A stretch of DNA of 64,000 bases from positions 372,186,001 to 372,250,000 of the forward strand of contig OZ024743.1 in the NCBI GenBank assembly GCA_964016885.1, given 5' to 3'. The notes under the pieces are model-generated. The model was given only the letters and a program-made list of their open reading frames with translations, was not told where the DNA came from and searched no databases. Shown one piece after another: positions 40,621-52,599 of this stretch. Positions within the stretch are counted from its first letter, which is position 1, and each line of letters begins with the position of its first letter. The translations under genes and the position numbers were made by a program. Origin of the DNA: Eledone cirrhosa (lineage: Eukaryota).

Positions 40621-40702
40621 ACTCCAACTAATTAGTTTCTGCAATGGGATAAAGACAGTTATGTAATCCAACTGTCGAGAATTCATTGCGTCATCAGGGA
40701 GT
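40621..40702 (-). ncRNA. Type I hammerhead ribozyme (inverted copy)
   Basis: Reverse complement of 41166-41247. Confidence 0.85.
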
Positions 40703-41165
40703 CTATTCTCAGTTAAGTCTCCAGGCAATGCGCGGACACTGGCGGTTCATATAAAAATAATAATAATTCGGTAGATCGAACAGCTTGCGAGGACTGGATT
40801 CTATGTACCGAAATTCTCACTGCTTCAAGTCAAATGGCCGATTCTAAAGAATCAATCACGTGACACAGTCAATTATCTATATTTATCTCCAAATCACTGA
40901 TTTGTCGAGCAAACTTGTCAAAACCACTTCTAAGAAAATTTTTTTTGGGGTGTTAGTAGGCGTCAGTCATCTTACCATCCCATTCCTTCTAACTAGCCTC
41001 TGTGTCACGTGATTGATTCTTTAGAATCGGCCATTTGACTTGAAGCAGTGAGAATTTCGGTACATAGAATCCAGTCCTCGCAAGCTGTTCGATCTACCGA
41101 ATTATTATTATTTTTATATGAGCCGCCAGTGTCCGCGCATTGCCTGGAGACTTAACTGAGAATAG

Positions 41166-41247
41166 ACTCCCTGATGACGCAATGAATTCTCGACAGTTGG
41201 ATTACATAACTGTCTTTATCCCATTGCAGAAACTAATTAGTTGGAGT
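41166..41247 (+). ncRNA. Type I hammerhead ribozyme, unit 1
   Basis: ACTCC-CTGATGA-C-GCAATG..GACAGTT-GGATTACAT-AACTGTC..CATTGC-A-GAA-ACTAATTAGT-T|GGAGT. Predicted cut after 41242. Confidence 0.85.
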
Positions 41248-41723
41248 GAAAATTTAAGTAAGTAAAAAATTTTTTAAAAATTTTTTTTAAAAAAATATTT
41301 TCTTATTTTACGTCCTTTATATTATTGTTCTGCATTCTCCTGCATTGAACCACCTAGGTACTATGACATAACCTGTGTATTTGCTGGCATGGGCGTGCAT
41401 CTGTGCGCTTATGTTAGTTGATATATTAAATTATCTATATTTATCTCCAAATCACTGATTTGTCGAGCAAACTTGTCAAAACCACTTCTAAGAAAATTTT
41501 TTTTGGGGTGTTAGTAGGCGTCAGTCATCTTACCATCCCATTCCTTCTAACTAGCCTCTGTGTCACGTGATTGATTCTTTAGAATCGGCCATTTGACTTG
41601 AAGCAGTGAGAATTTCGGTACATAGAATCCAGTCCTCGCAAGCTGTTCGATCTACCGAATTATTATTATTTTTATATGAGCCGCCAGTGTCCGCGCATTG
41701 CCTGGAGACTTAACTGAGAATAG

Positions 41724-41805
41724 ACTCCCTGATGACGCAATGAATTCTCGACAGTTGGATTACATAACTGTCTTTATCCCATTGCAGAAACTAATTAGTT
41801 GGAGT
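41724..41805 (+). ncRNA. Type I hammerhead ribozyme, unit 2
   Basis: Identical to 41166-41247, +558 bp. Confidence 0.85.
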
Positions 41806-42281
41806 GAAAATTTAAGTAAGTAAAAAATTTTTTTTAAATTTTTTTAAAAAAAATATTTTCTTATTTTACGTCCTTTATATTATTGTTCTGCATTCTCCTG
41901 CATTGAACCACCTAGGTACTATGACATAACCTGTGTATTTGCTGGCATGGGCGTGCATCTGTGCGCTTATGTTAGTTGATATATTAAATTATCTATATTT
42001 ATCTCCAAATCACTGATTTGTCGAGCAAACTTGTCAAAACCACTTCTAAGAAAATTTTTTTTGGGGTGTTAGTAGGCGTCAGTCATCTTACCATCCCATT
42101 CCTTCTAACTAGCCTCTGTGTCACGTGATTGATTCTTTAGAATCGGCCATTTGACTTGAAGCAGTGAGAATTTCGGTACATAGAATCCAGTCCTCGCAAG
42201 CTGTTCGATCTACCGAATTATTATTATTTTTATATGAGCCGCCAGTGTCCGCGCATTGCCTGGAGACTTAACTGAGAATAG

Positions 42282-42363
42282 ACTCCCTGATGACGCAATG
42301 AATTCTCGACAGTTGGATTACATAACTGTCTTTATCCCATTGCAGAAACTAATTAGTTGGAGT
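42282..42363 (+). ncRNA. Type I hammerhead ribozyme, unit 3
   Basis: Identical to 41166-41247, +1116 bp. Confidence 0.85.
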
Positions 42364-42549
42364 GAAAATTTAAGTAAGTAAAAAATTTTTTTAAAATTTT
42401 TTTAAAAAAAATATTTTCTTATTTTACGTCCTTTATATTATTGTTCTGCATTCTCCTGCATTGAACCACCTAGGTACTATGACATAACCTGTGTATTTGC
42501 TGGCATGGGCGTGCATCTGTGCGCTTATGTTAGTTGATATATTAAATTA

Positions 42550-42605
<56 letters not shown>

Positions 42606-42606
<1 letters not shown>

Positions 42607-43464
42607 TAGCTGACGTACCCAGCTTCGCCCCGGTAAACAGATGATAAGAGAAGACAGGTAAAAGAGAAAATGACTGTATTGGATGTTTGTCTGGTTACAG
42701 TATGAGGCAAGTCCGTGGTGTCTGTGTGATACAAAAAACAGTAAAAAAAAATCTTCCAGATATACCAGATTCTTCGTTCTACCGTTTCTGCATAGCATAT
42801 GAACAATTCTAGGTGCTCCCACCTAGAATAGTGACCTCTAGGAGATGGTTCATCTTCTGCCTGACTGTAAAACGTGTACCATTGCATAGACGTGGTTGTT
42901 CCACGTTTCTCAAAAGGATGATGGAAGTTCCAATCTTTTATATTATATGTAGATATAGATATAGATGATTAATATAAAAGATGATGCTCATCCAGTTCGT
43001 CTTCAACCATCGCAGCACGCCGCCGCTGCTTGGCTCCAGTGTTTCGTTGGCGTTGTTCAGCCAGCTCCTCTTCATTCATGGCGGCACGTCTTCGCCTGTG
43101 AAGTTCGGCGTTCCGATGGCGCTGTTCGGCCCATTTTTCTTCATTCCAGGCTGCACGCCGTCGCCGCTTTAGTTCACTGTTTGATAAAGTCGAATTGCTT
43201 TTACTTTCTGTGGAACGCTGCACGCACGCACACACACACATAAACATAAGCGCACGTACATACACACGCACACATGGTAATAGTTACAGCGTTCACTTTG
43301 CCTCTCTGTTTCTTACTCTCCCTCTCACTCCCTCAGTGGCATTATGCATATTAATTTAAGTTTGGCGTCGTTGAGGTGGGCGGAGTCATTTGAAACCTAT
43401 GAACCAATGATAATCGAGAATTATGACACATGGAATACTGACATTGTTAAAATTAATATATAGA
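42606..43464 (-). mobile_element. Short non-autonomous Helitron
   Basis: Minus strand starts TCTATATATTAA (43464) and ends CCGGGGCGAAGCTGGG hairpin then CTAG|T (42606). Retains a repetitive charged ORF (EE.AEQR.RN..AK.RRRAA) like Helitron N-termini. Confidence 0.7.
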
Positions 43465-43530
<66 letters not shown>

Positions 43531-43772
43531 CCTTGCAAGCAGGGAAAAGAAGACGTAAAATGATGATGGTGATATATATCTATATATGATTCACAGCTGG
43601 CTTAAAGTTGTGAATGGGAGGCAGAAGGGTTGGGAAAAGGGCTACCAAAAGGATATTTGTCAGATGTACTAAGAAAATAGAACTGGAACTTAAAATTTTA
43701 ATACAAACAGATTGACAGTTTTCTTAAAACATTATTTATTTTGACACTGGACATTTACAACAGAAAATAAAA

Positions 43773-44175
43773 GTGGTGTGATGGTGTAGTGGTGTGATGT
43801 TGTAGTGGTGTGGTGGTGTTGTGTCATTGTGTGATGGGGTGGTGTGTTGGTGTGGTAGAGTGATGGTGTTGTGTGAGAGTGCGATGGTGTGTGATGTGGG
43901 GTGTTGGTAGTGTGTGGAGTGTAACGGTCTGGTGTATGGGTGTGTGGTAGTGTGATGGTATGATGGTGTGGTGGTGTGGTGGTGTGATGGTGGGATGTGG
44001 TGGTGTGATGGTGCTGTGTGGTGGTTTGGTGGTGCAATGGTGTGGTGATGTGGTAGTGTGGTGATGTAGTGATGTGGAAGGATGTAGTGATCTAGTGTTG
44101 TGCATGATGTCATGCAGCGTTGCATAAAGGAGTGGTTTTGTGATGGAGTGGTGGTGGTCTAGTGGTTTAGATGTG
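43773..44175. repeat. Degenerate (GTG/TGGTG)n low-complexity tract
   Basis: Direct reading; the His/Thr-rich ORFs are artefacts of the repeat. Confidence 0.85.
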
Positions 44176-45152
44176 TGACAGTTGTTTAGCTCCATAAAAC
44201 AACTATTAAATGGAATGGTTAAAACTACAATGATTGTCATTATCATCATCATCATCATCAATGTCTGTTTAACCATGCTCAGTCTCACACATTTACGATA
44301 CTGTTCAAGATTGGAAAGTTGTAATGTTGATGTCTTTCCACAAAGTCGATTAGCTGTGATAAGGGGCTTATCTCTCCTAACATGTGTCTCTCATAGCCTA
44401 ACGTATCCAAATTCTCAAAAACATGTTTGATAATAATTATAAACTTTGAAAGAAAATTGTTGTTGTTACAGTAATGACTATCAATGTTATTTTTCCAATT
44501 CAAGAAAGCGTTTGAAATCAGAGGAAAACGGAGAGGAGTTCCAGCTAGATCATGTCAACAAAATCTCCATACGGTTTAAATACACAAGAAGTTTCTGATT
44601 TCCGAATGGCTAAATGTCAGCAGAAAGAAATCCAGGAGTTATGACTTGGATGTAAGAAGGTAAGGGCCAACACACTTGCTTGAAGTGGGGTTTCTTTTCT
44701 GAAGACCTTCTCCTGAGAGTTTCTTACCACTCTATGTATGTATGTGCGCGGACATGGAAATATTTGGTTTGGAACCCGAGTGCATGGTTAGCTCACCAGG
44801 AGTGAGAGACCATTACTTCTTATTAGGATATAATTCTAGAGGAAGGAAAACTCTGATGTAGAATCTGCGACTCAATGGCAGCCAATGATTTTGACCTGTT
44901 CTTCTTTTAGGATAACTGTCACTGTTGTTTAGAGAGTGCGATTAGTCCAGTGCAAGGCCTTTCTTTACTTAAAAAAGCTTCAAGTACAGGGACCACATGA
45001 TCTAAACAATTTACTTGTGTGTTGCAATAGCACAGCATTTTCTCTTTTCTTTCACTGTACCATATGCAGAAACGAATCTAAGACCTTGGAAGGTTTGTGT
45101 TACCCATGTACGAGAAAAAGGTCAAGGGATAGCAATTCTCAAAACTGAGATG

Positions 45153-47092
45153 CGGGGTTAGGTTTAGTGTTAGGGTTAGGGCTAGGTTTAGTGTTAGGTT
45201 TGGGGTTAGGATAAGGGTTAGTGTTAGTGTTAGGGTTGCATTTAGGTTTAGGGTTAAAGTTAAGATTAGTGCTAGGTTTAGGGTTAGTGTTAGGGTAAGG
45301 GTTAGGGTTAGAGTTAGGGTTATGGGTATGGCAAGAGTTAGTGTTAGGATTAGGTTAGGGATAGGGTTAGAATTAGTGTTAGCATTAGGGTTAGGTTTAG
45401 GGTTATAGTGATAGGGTTTGGGTTAATGTTAGGGTTAGGTTTAGGATTAGAGTTAGGATTAAAGTTAGTGTTAGGTTTATGGTTAGAATTAGGTTTAGAA
45501 TTAGTGATAGGGTTAGGGATAGGGATAGGCTTAAATAGTTAATGTTAGGTATAGGGTTAGAGTTAGGGTTAGGATTAAGGTTAGGGTTACGGTTACGGTT
45601 AGGTTTAGGGTTAGCATTAGGGTCAGGTTCAGTGTTAGGTTTAGGGTTAGTGTTAAGGTTACGGTTAAGATAATTTTAAGGTTAAGGTTAGGGTTAAGTT
45701 TAGGGTTAAGATTAGAATTAGTGTTAGGTTTTGGATTAGGGCTAGGGTTAGGGTTAGGTTAAGTGTTTTATTTAGCATTAGGATTAGTGTAAGGGTTAGG
45801 GTTAGGGTTTGTGTTAAGGTTAGTTTTAGAGTTTGAGTTAGCTTAATGCTAGAGTTAGAGTTAGGGTTAGGCTAATAGTTAGAGCTAGAGTTTCACTTTG
45901 GATTAGTGTTAGTGTTAGGGATCATGTTAGGGTTACGTGTAGTTTTAGGTGAAGATTTAGGGTTAAGGGTAAGGGTTAGGTCTATAAGGATAGGGTTATG
46001 GTTAGTGTTTATGTTATGGTTAGTATAGTATAGGGTTAGTATAGTATAGTATAGGGTTAGCATGTTAGTATAGGCTTAGCGTTAGGTGTAGGGAAAGATT
46101 TAAGGATTAAGGTTAGGTTTATTGGTAGGGCAAGAGCTATGATTAAGGTTAGGTTTAGTGGAAGGGTTAGGTTAGGGTTTGTGTTAAGGTTAGTTTTAGA
46201 GTTTGAGTTAGGTTTAAATTTCGGGTTATGGGTTTAATTTTATAGAGTTAGCTTTATAGTGTTAATGTTAGGATTAGGGTTACAGATAGAGGTAGGACTA
46301 GAGTTAGGATTAGGGAAGGGCTAGTGTTAGAGTTAGGGTTTCGTTTAGGGTTAGAGTTAGGGGTAGCGTTAGAGTTAGGGTTAGGTTTGAAGTCATGCAT
46401 AGGCTTAGTATTCTGGTTAGGGTAAGGATTAGAGTTAGGGTTAAGGTTAAAGTTAGTGTTAAGTCAGGTTAGGTTTAGGTTTAGGGTTAGTTCAAGGATT
46501 AGTTGGCTTAATGCCAGGGTTAGAGTTAGGGTTAGGCTAATAGTTAGGGCTAGAGTTTCACTTTGGATTAGTGTTAGTGTTAGGGATCATGTTAGGGTTA
46601 GGTGTAGTTTTAGGTGAAGATTTAGGGATAGGGTAAGGGTAAGGGTTAGGTCTATAAGGTTAGGGTTATGGTTAGTGTTCATGTTAGGGTTAGGTATAGG
46701 CTTAGCGTTAGGTGTAGGGAAAGATTTAAGGATTAAGGTTAGGGTTAGGTTTATTGGTAGGGCAAGAGCTATGATTAAGTTTAGGTTTAGTGGAAGGGTT
46801 AGGTTAGGGTAGGGTTAGTGCTTGTGGTAGGGTCAAAGTTAGGGTTAGGGTTAGGGTTGGGATTGGAGTTAGGGTTAGGGTTAGGGTTGGGGTTGGGGTT
46901 AGGGTTAGGGTTAGGGTTAGGTTTAGGGTTAGGGTTAGGGTTAATATTAGGATTAAGTATAGTGTTAGTGTAGCTTAAGGGTTAGGATTAAGGCAAGAGT
47001 TAGTGTTAGGGCTAAGGTTAGGGCTAGGGTTAGTGTTAGCTTTAGGGATAGTGTTAGAGTTATGGTTAGGATTAGGGTTAGGTTTAGTGTTC
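45153..47092 (+). repeat. Degenerate interstitial (TTAGGG)n-like array
   Basis: TTAGGG mixed with TTAGTG/TTAGAG/TTAGGT/TTAGGA variants; purest near 46840-46945. Confidence 0.92.
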
Positions 47093-47099
47093 GGTATAG

Positions 47100-47804
47100 T
47101 CAGAGGAGGAGAACTGGGGGAGGAGAACTGGAAACTTTTGAAGAATGGATTATAAATCCAAACTCCTTCAATTTAGATAATATGCCAGAGGATGAAGAGC
47201 TGAAGGAACATCTTAGTGAACTGCACACAAATCCTGTTCTTGAAATGCAGTTTGAAAGCAAAACTTTGGAACAATATTGGTGTTTGACAATGGATATGTT
47301 TCCAAGACTTTGTGAAAAAGCATACTTACGTGAGTTTGGATTTAGTGCCCTTTTGTCAATCAAAACAAAATCTAGAAATTGCTTGTGTGCACAGGCAGAC
47401 AGCAGATTACTATAAGCAACAAAGTGTCACGTTTTGAAAAACTCTTAAGCAATAAATAGGAACAAAAGAGTCATTACATTTAAATTGGCTTATGAACATT
47501 TGAATATTAGTTCTTTAATTTTTTTAAAGAAATGCATGGAACATTAGTTCTTCATTTTTTTTTTTAAAGAAATGCGTGGATGAAAACTTAATTTTTTTGT
47601 AGGGTTATGCAACTCTTAGTTTGTAGTAATATTTTTTCTTTTCCTTATGTTTCATTTTTGTTTATATATTATTAAAAATTCATTATAAAAATTTGTTTCG
47701 GTCACCTTCCCCTTTATTCTTATATAAATTATTACTTTAAAGGGTGCGAGAACATATCAAATGTTTTTAGGGGTGCGGGGCATAAAAAAGGTTGGGTACC
47801 ACTG
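47100..47804 (+). mobile_element. hAT (Charlie/ZBED-like) transposon 3' end: dimerisation domain fragment plus TIR
   Basis: WIINP...F....L..YW...FPRL.EKA..YLREFGFSALLSIKTKSRN.L; TIR AAAAAGGTTGGGTACCACTG ending 47804 followed by CTCTAGTG. Confidence 0.85.
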
Positions 47805-47805
47805 C

Positions 47806-48555
47806 TCTAGTGCATCCCCTTTGCCCTTGTAGCAATTTACAATGACACTGCTGCGCCATCCTGTACTATTTGATTAACTATGCGTCTGACTGGCTCATAT
47901 CCTACCATGCCAAATGCTTTTAGTATTTCAGCAACTATACTGGACAGTCCAGCCGCTTTCCCTACCTTCATATCATAATTGATTTATCTATCAAACTGCT
48001 GTCAACTTTTATGGCTGGTTGCACAGTGGAGTCTGCATGTGGTAGGCCCTCACTGTCCAATTCATTTTCCTCGTTCAGCAGTCTCTCATAGTATGTCTTC
48101 CATGCCTCCTTTTTTTTCAGTGTAAGACAGGGCAAGTGCTCCATTATCATCTCAGACACTTTTCTCAAACCACATCATGATTTTCTCTAGCATACTGTCT
48201 TGCAATCATGAATACTTCAGGCTTGGCTTGTGGCTTCCAGCAGGTTGTCCTGTAGAAATTCCCAATTTTTTTCTGTCATATGTCCCCAACTCTTCTTCCT
48301 TTCTGTCATAAACATCAAGAAGGATTTCTCTAAATTTGTTACTTACAAAGGGTTCTCCCAGCTTCCAAGTCTTACTTCTCCAGACTGGCTTTTGTCTCTT
48401 GGCCCAACTAGTTCTTACTCAAAGGTCGCTGACAACTAATCTATGTTGGGAGGTTCATTCATCTCCTGGTGAGGATGAAGCCTATTTGTTTTGTATATCC
48501 CCCTGATTGGTAGGTAATCATGTGGTTGGCTGGTTTCTTGAAGTTTGTGTTACAG
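47806..48555 (-). mobile_element. RTE-like LINE fragment (same family as 28553-31450)
   Basis: EAWKTYYERLLNEEN..., CYKGKGDAL homology. Confidence 0.85.
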
Positions 48556-48625
48556 ATATATATAGATACATATTTTAGTCTAGCATAAATTATCCAGTAC
48601 TAAATAAATTCCTCTCCATAATAAT

Positions 48626-48810
48626 TGTTTCTACTTTTGGCACAAGGCCAGCAATTACCCAGTGTATTACTGGTACTTTATTTTATCTACCTCGTAAGGA
48701 TGAAAGGCAAAGTTAACCTCGGCGGGATTTGAACTCAGAATGGCAAGGGCCGTAACTCAATGCGTCAAACCATGGTGTCCGACCCTCTACCGATACTGCC
48801 AATCCACCAC
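48626..48810 (-). mobile_element. tRNA-type SINE with TSD
   Basis: Reverse complement of the 16901 family; TSD CTCTCCATAATAAT at ~48612-48625 and 48811-48824. Confidence 0.9.
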
Positions 48811-48857
48811 CTCTCCATAATAATACTTTAACATTCTTAACACAATTTAGTAAAGAA

Positions 48858-48896
<39 letters not shown>

Positions 48897-49649
48897 ATAT
48901 ATAAATAATATAAATATATATATATTGTTTATAGATTTGTAATATATAAAAGTTCTCTTAATATTTTTAATTATTCTCAATAAATTTATTAATTACCTCC
49001 CTTATTTAATTAACTCCCTTTGTCTCAATTCATCAAATCTTTTCAAACTATAACCGTCAATATGAATCTGATTACACTATCACAATCACAGCAGCAACGA
49101 CATCAAATTAGTACTACAACTGTCATCACAGCACTAAAGAAGAAGGACCTTAAAATCCATACCTTTGGATTAAATGTTTGTTTTATATTTTTGTTTGAAC
49201 TGTACAATTCTATACTTATTACTTACACACTTCCCAACTTTAAATATTAACATTTTCTACATAAACTTTATAAAACTTTTGCATTAATATCTTTGCCTAT
49301 AACTAATACATCTTATAATGCTTATAATATATAACACCTATATGTATGCTATCACTACACAATTGTCTTACCTTATTGCATGCTCTTTGCTATTATTTAT
49401 ATTCTTGATATGATATTCTTGATATAATGTTTTATAAGTAATATTCCTTGCATATATCATATATCTTCAAAACAGCTTCTCTTTATAATACTTTTCAATA
49501 TTTTACTATCTTTTCATTATAATGATCTTTTGCTCTTACTCTTCAATATATTGTAAGGGACACTAACAATTATAATTAGTCGTCTCAAATATAATGTATC
49601 TTAATAAATGTTCTAAGGATTAGGAATTTATTTGTTTTAACATTGTATA

Positions 49650-49696
49650 TGCTCCGATGATTCCAGATATATGTCTGGAAGAAACGATCGTTAGCA
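49650..49696 (+). ncRNA. Type I hammerhead ribozyme (CCGATGA variant)
   Basis: TGCT-CCGATGA-TTCCAGA-TATATG-TCTGGAA-GAA-ACGATCGT-T|AGCA. Confidence 0.75.
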
Positions 49697-50158
49697 ATTA
49701 AATGCATTAAACAAACATTTGATTGTTATTTATGTTGTATTTCTGCTCTGTAGTATATCTGATATTTTACATTGAGCTAATTTTCTTACTGGTAATCGGG
49801 TAATATACAATATTACCCTTATCTTATCTATAATTGTATATAGATTATATATATAAGTATATATATATAAAAACAAATAATGAAACGAAATTAAATTTCG
49901 TTTCGCTTCTAACTCACTTTTGTATGACTGACGCTTAAACAATTAAGTTAAAGTGTACATCTACATATGTATACGGAAGTATTAGTATGCATATAAATAC
50001 ACACATGTATACATATGTACATGTACTGAGTTTTTCACTAGACACTTTACAGTGAGTGTCAGCTAGTCTGTATGTAACCACACAGACGGACCGGGTTTTA
50101 GAGTCATACGAGTTTTCAAGGAAACACATTTCCTCTATTCTCCAGAGGGCCAGACAGG

Positions 50159-50203
50159 AATATTGGACTAGTTTCGATGTTATTACATCTCATCAGCAAT
50201 ATT
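50159..50203 (-). ncRNA. Canonical type I hammerhead ribozyme
   Basis: Reverse complement of 50548-50592. Confidence 0.92.
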
Positions 50204-50547
50204 TACCCATCTTCCGGCTTCTCTGGAGAATTGTAAAAGCACATATCGTTATATGCTTTTTCTATGAAAATTAGTAGTGGGTAGACTAATTTGCATAGAA
50301 CGTGAGTCATTGTACGCACCGGTTCAGCGGAAACGATAAAAACAAATAACGAAACGAAATTAAATTTCGTTTCGCTTCTAACTCACTTTTGTATGACTGA
50401 CGCTTAAACAATTAAGTTAAAGTGTACATCTACATATGTATACGGAAGTATTAGTATGCATATAAATACACACATGTATACATATGTACATGTACTGAGT
50501 TTTTTACTAGACACTTTACAGTGAGTGTCAGCTAGTCTGTATGGGTA

Positions 50548-50592
50548 AATATTGCTGATGAGATGTAATAACATCGAAACTAGTCCAATATT
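50548..50592 (+). ncRNA. Canonical type I hammerhead ribozyme
   Basis: AATATTG-CTGATGA-GATGT-AATA-ACATC-GAA-ACTAGT-C|CAATATT. Perfect 7-bp stem I, 5-bp stem II, GUC triplet. Confidence 0.93.
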
Positions 50593-51016
50593 CCTGTCTG
50601 GCCCTCTGGAGAATAGAGGAAATGTGTTTCCTTGAAAACTCGTATGACTCTAAAACCCGGTCCGTCTGTGTGGTTACATACAGACTAGCTGACACTCACT
50701 GTAAAGTGTCTAGTGAAAAACTCAGTACATGTACATATGTATACATGTGTGTATTTATATGCATACTAATACTTTCGTATACATATGTAGATGTACACTT
50801 TAACTTAATTGTTTAAGCGTCAGTCATACAAAAGTGAGTTAGAAGCGAAACGAAATTTAATTTCGTTTCGTTATTTGTTTTTATCGTTTCCGCTGAACCG
50901 GTGCGTACAATGACTCACGTTCTATGCAAATTAGTCTACCCACTACTAATTTTCATAGAAAAAGCATATAACGATATGTGCTTTTACAATTCTCCAGAGA
51001 AGCCGGAAGATGGGTA

Positions 51017-51061
51017 AATATTGCTGATGAGATGTAATAACATCGAAACTAGTCCAATATT
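51017..51061 (+). ncRNA. Canonical type I hammerhead ribozyme
   Basis: Identical to 50548-50592, +469 bp. Confidence 0.93.
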
Positions 51062-51273
51062 CCTGTCTGGCCCTCTGGAGAATAGAGGAAATGTGTTTCC
51101 TTGAAAACTCGTATGACTCTAAAACCCGGTCCGTCTGTGTGGTTACATACAGACTAGCTGACACTCACTGTAAAATGTCTAGTGAAAAACTCAGTACATG
51201 TACATATGTATACATGTGTGTATTTATATGCATACTAATACTTCCGTATACATATGTAGATGTACACTTTAAC

Positions 51274-51351
<78 letters not shown>

Positions 51352-51379
51352 ATTATGTAATAAACACATAAGGCAATTA

Positions 51380-51439
51380 TTCCATTTACCAGTGGTTTCT
51401 TAAAAGCAAAAGATTTTGCTTTCAATCCTCAGAATGAAA
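51380..51439 (-). ncRNA. Type I hammerhead ribozyme (family of 38375)
   Basis: Minus strand: TTCATT-CTGAGGA-TTGAAAGCAAA-ATCT-TTTGCTTTTAA-GAA-ACCACTGGT-A|AATGGA. Confidence 0.82.
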
Positions 51440-51905
51440 AATCATGGTCTGTTTATTGAATTTGGATTTTAAAAACAAAAATGCAATCTATATGAAAGTG
51501 AGGCTGGAGAAGGAAGAAGGAAAGGAAAAATAAAATAAAACTACACATGCAACACACAGACAAAAACACAAAAGCATACATACACACACATATATATATA
51601 TATATATATACATATATACATATACACATATATATATACATATATAACACATACACATACATACACATATACACATACATACACTCATACATACACACAC
51701 ACACACACATATATATACACATATATATATATATACACATATACATATATATATATATATACATGTGTGTACAAGCATACACATACACAAACATAGCCAT
51801 ACACACACACATAGTGTGTATGGCTATGTTTGATGTATGTGTATGTATGTGTATGAGAGACGTAAAATAAGAAAATTATAAAATTAACTTACTTACTAAA
51901 ATTTC

Positions 51906-51987
51906 ACTCCCAACTAATTAGTTTCTGAAAGGGAATAAATATACTTTCCGAAGAAAATATAGAGAAGCCTTTCGTCGTCAGGGAAGT
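51906..51987 (-). ncRNA. Type I hammerhead ribozyme, diverged relative of the 558-bp family
   Basis: Minus strand: ACTTCC-CTGACGA-C-GAAAGG..ATATTTTC-TTCG-GAAAGTAT..CCTTTC-A-GAA-ACTAATTAGT-T|GGGAGT. Lies within 51860-52150, which is homologous to 40556-40866. Confidence 0.85.
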
Positions 51988-52599
51988 CTATTCTCAGCTA
52001 AGTTTCCAGGCAAAGCGTGGACTCTGGGAACTTATACAAAAATAATTCAGTGGATAGAAAATAGCAAAGCGTGGACTGAATTTCTAGCCATTGAGAAAAT
52101 CACTGCCTACTGCGTCGGTGGCAAATTCAAAAAGAATCAATCACGTGACATCGAGGTCAATCAGTGGAAAGTGGTTTGTTAAGAAGACATATATATATGT
52201 GTGTGTGTGGCGAAATAAATGTTCCCGCGGTTCCTCTTACTGACTTGCCTAATAAATTTCGACCTTTGACCACACTTAGAGAAAAATACATGAAGAATCT
52301 GGATGCTAGGTTTAACGACGCCAAGGAAGGAGAAGATAGCGAGAGGCCATAGGTCAATATAAATAGGCTGTCCTGAAATCAGGGGACAGAGAGAATTTTC
52401 TATCACCAAAAGAAAACGTCAGCTACTCTTGTCACTGAGCTTTGACTACTACCTTGCTGCTACTACTATCGAATGATTTCTTGCCACTCTCTATTTCAGG
52501 ATAACGAAATAATAGCATCGTCAACCTTTATGATTTGTAGTAATCTTATTCTTTGTTCCTTTATTCACTGAAGTAAATTTTATATTTAAACGAAACCAT

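Larger units (their letters stand above)
40548..42552 (+). mobile_element. Retrozyme-like non-autonomous element: 3 x 558-bp tandem units plus 5' inverted partial unit
   Basis: Units start at 40871, 41429 and 41987 (end ~42550) and are almost identical. 40548-40868 is the reverse complement of ~40999-41320. (TA)n on both flanks; no ORF. Confidence 0.9.
49868..51279. mobile_element. Retrozyme-like non-autonomous element: 469-bp unit, head-to-head inverted tandem
   Basis: Minus-oriented ~1.4 units (49868-50542) are fused to plus-oriented ~1.6 units (50541-51279). Near-identical copies; TA runs on both flanks. Confidence 0.9.

Noticed and set aside
43732-44288. His/Thr/Pro-rich ORFs
   Set aside because: Translations of a degenerate GTG repeat with no gene structure.
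45153-47092. True chromosome end or telomere-associated endonuclease-less PLE
   Set aside because: The array is highly degenerate and internal, with no adjoining PLE RT.
49935-51360. Repeated short ORFs (MCFLENSY..., MSASLYVT...)
   Set aside because: They recur only because the 469-bp unit is repeated; no protein motif and weak starts.
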